From Squalus acanthias (lineage: Eukaryota), in the NCBI GenBank assembly GCA_030390025.1, contig CM059432.1, positions 137,456,001-137,520,000 of the forward strand: a stretch of DNA of 64,000 bases, given 5' to 3'. A program made the position numbers and the translations under genes. Below, piece by piece: positions 63,499 through 64,000 of the stretch (within the stretch, counting starts at the first letter, position 1; each line of letters opens with the position of its first letter). The notes beneath the pieces are model-generated. The model was not told the DNA's origin, did not search any database, and saw only the letters and a program-made list of their open reading frames with translations.

Positions 63499-64000
63499 AT
63501 TATGTTATTAATCTAGTCATTGAGTTGCAGTGCTTGAACAAGTTAAACGCCATTTTTATTGCACGGTAGCCTGGAATTTTTACCATCTATTTTCACGATC
63601 AAATTCTCTCATGGTCTTGATTTATTATATGGACCTTCTATATATGTACTGATTTTTTATCTCTTACTTTTTATTAAATATGCAGCAAGGTGGTAGACAC
63701 CATGCGTCAGGTTGGGGATTGGTACTTGGCATTTACCAGCATATATGAGAGAGAGAGTCATGGGATTGAAAAGAATTGGGGCCCAATGGTTGTTTTTCAT
63801 CAAAAAAAGATTTTGGTCAAATAAAGCTTCCAAAATTTCTTTTGCTTGTTTTCCCTTTCCCAGTGCAACTATTTAGCGAACAAGCTAAGTTGATTTAGAA
63901 TGTGTTCATTTTGCGAGTATGGACAGAGGTCTGTAATTAGCCTTTTGGGGTAGAAATCAGAATGCCTTGCGCCTGTACTTCGGGCATAAAGCGGGCGCAA

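Noticed and set aside
63864..63900. Strong acceptor ttttccctttcccag
   Set aside because: Early stops in all frames; no Golli-like peptide.

Overview
Repeat-dense vertebrate genomic DNA, almost certainly from a shark (elasmobranch), judged by abundant SacSINE1-like DeuSINEs, an HE1-type V-SINE, CR1 and L2 LINE 3' ends, Penelope-like elements (PLEs), and Harbinger- and hAT-type MITEs. Nearly all ORFs in the supplied track are transposon debris. The best host-gene signal is on the + strand: a CpG-rich promoter and probably non-coding first exon (~18280-18559), then a 72-nt exon (31879-31950) encoding MGNQSGKHESHHTSDQPAK. This resembles the myristoylated N-terminus and exon 2 structure of Golli-MBP (myelin basic protein locus); the rest of the window would be intron. 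A weaker two-exon candidate lies at 208-916. Notable structures: minimal type-I hammerhead ribozyme motifs in two PLE families with covarying stems; a young PLE insertion forming a perfect 88-bp hairpin with an 11-12 bp TSD; a ~0.9-kb local copy that starts at a PLE tail and is flanked by ~33-bp direct repeats; a CR1 inserted into a PLE hammerhead; and a Harbinger Myb/SANT pseudo-exon alongside GC-rich MITEs with 3-bp TSDs. Family names come from recalled consensus features, not database searches, and repeat boundaries are approximate unless TSDs or TIRs are cited.
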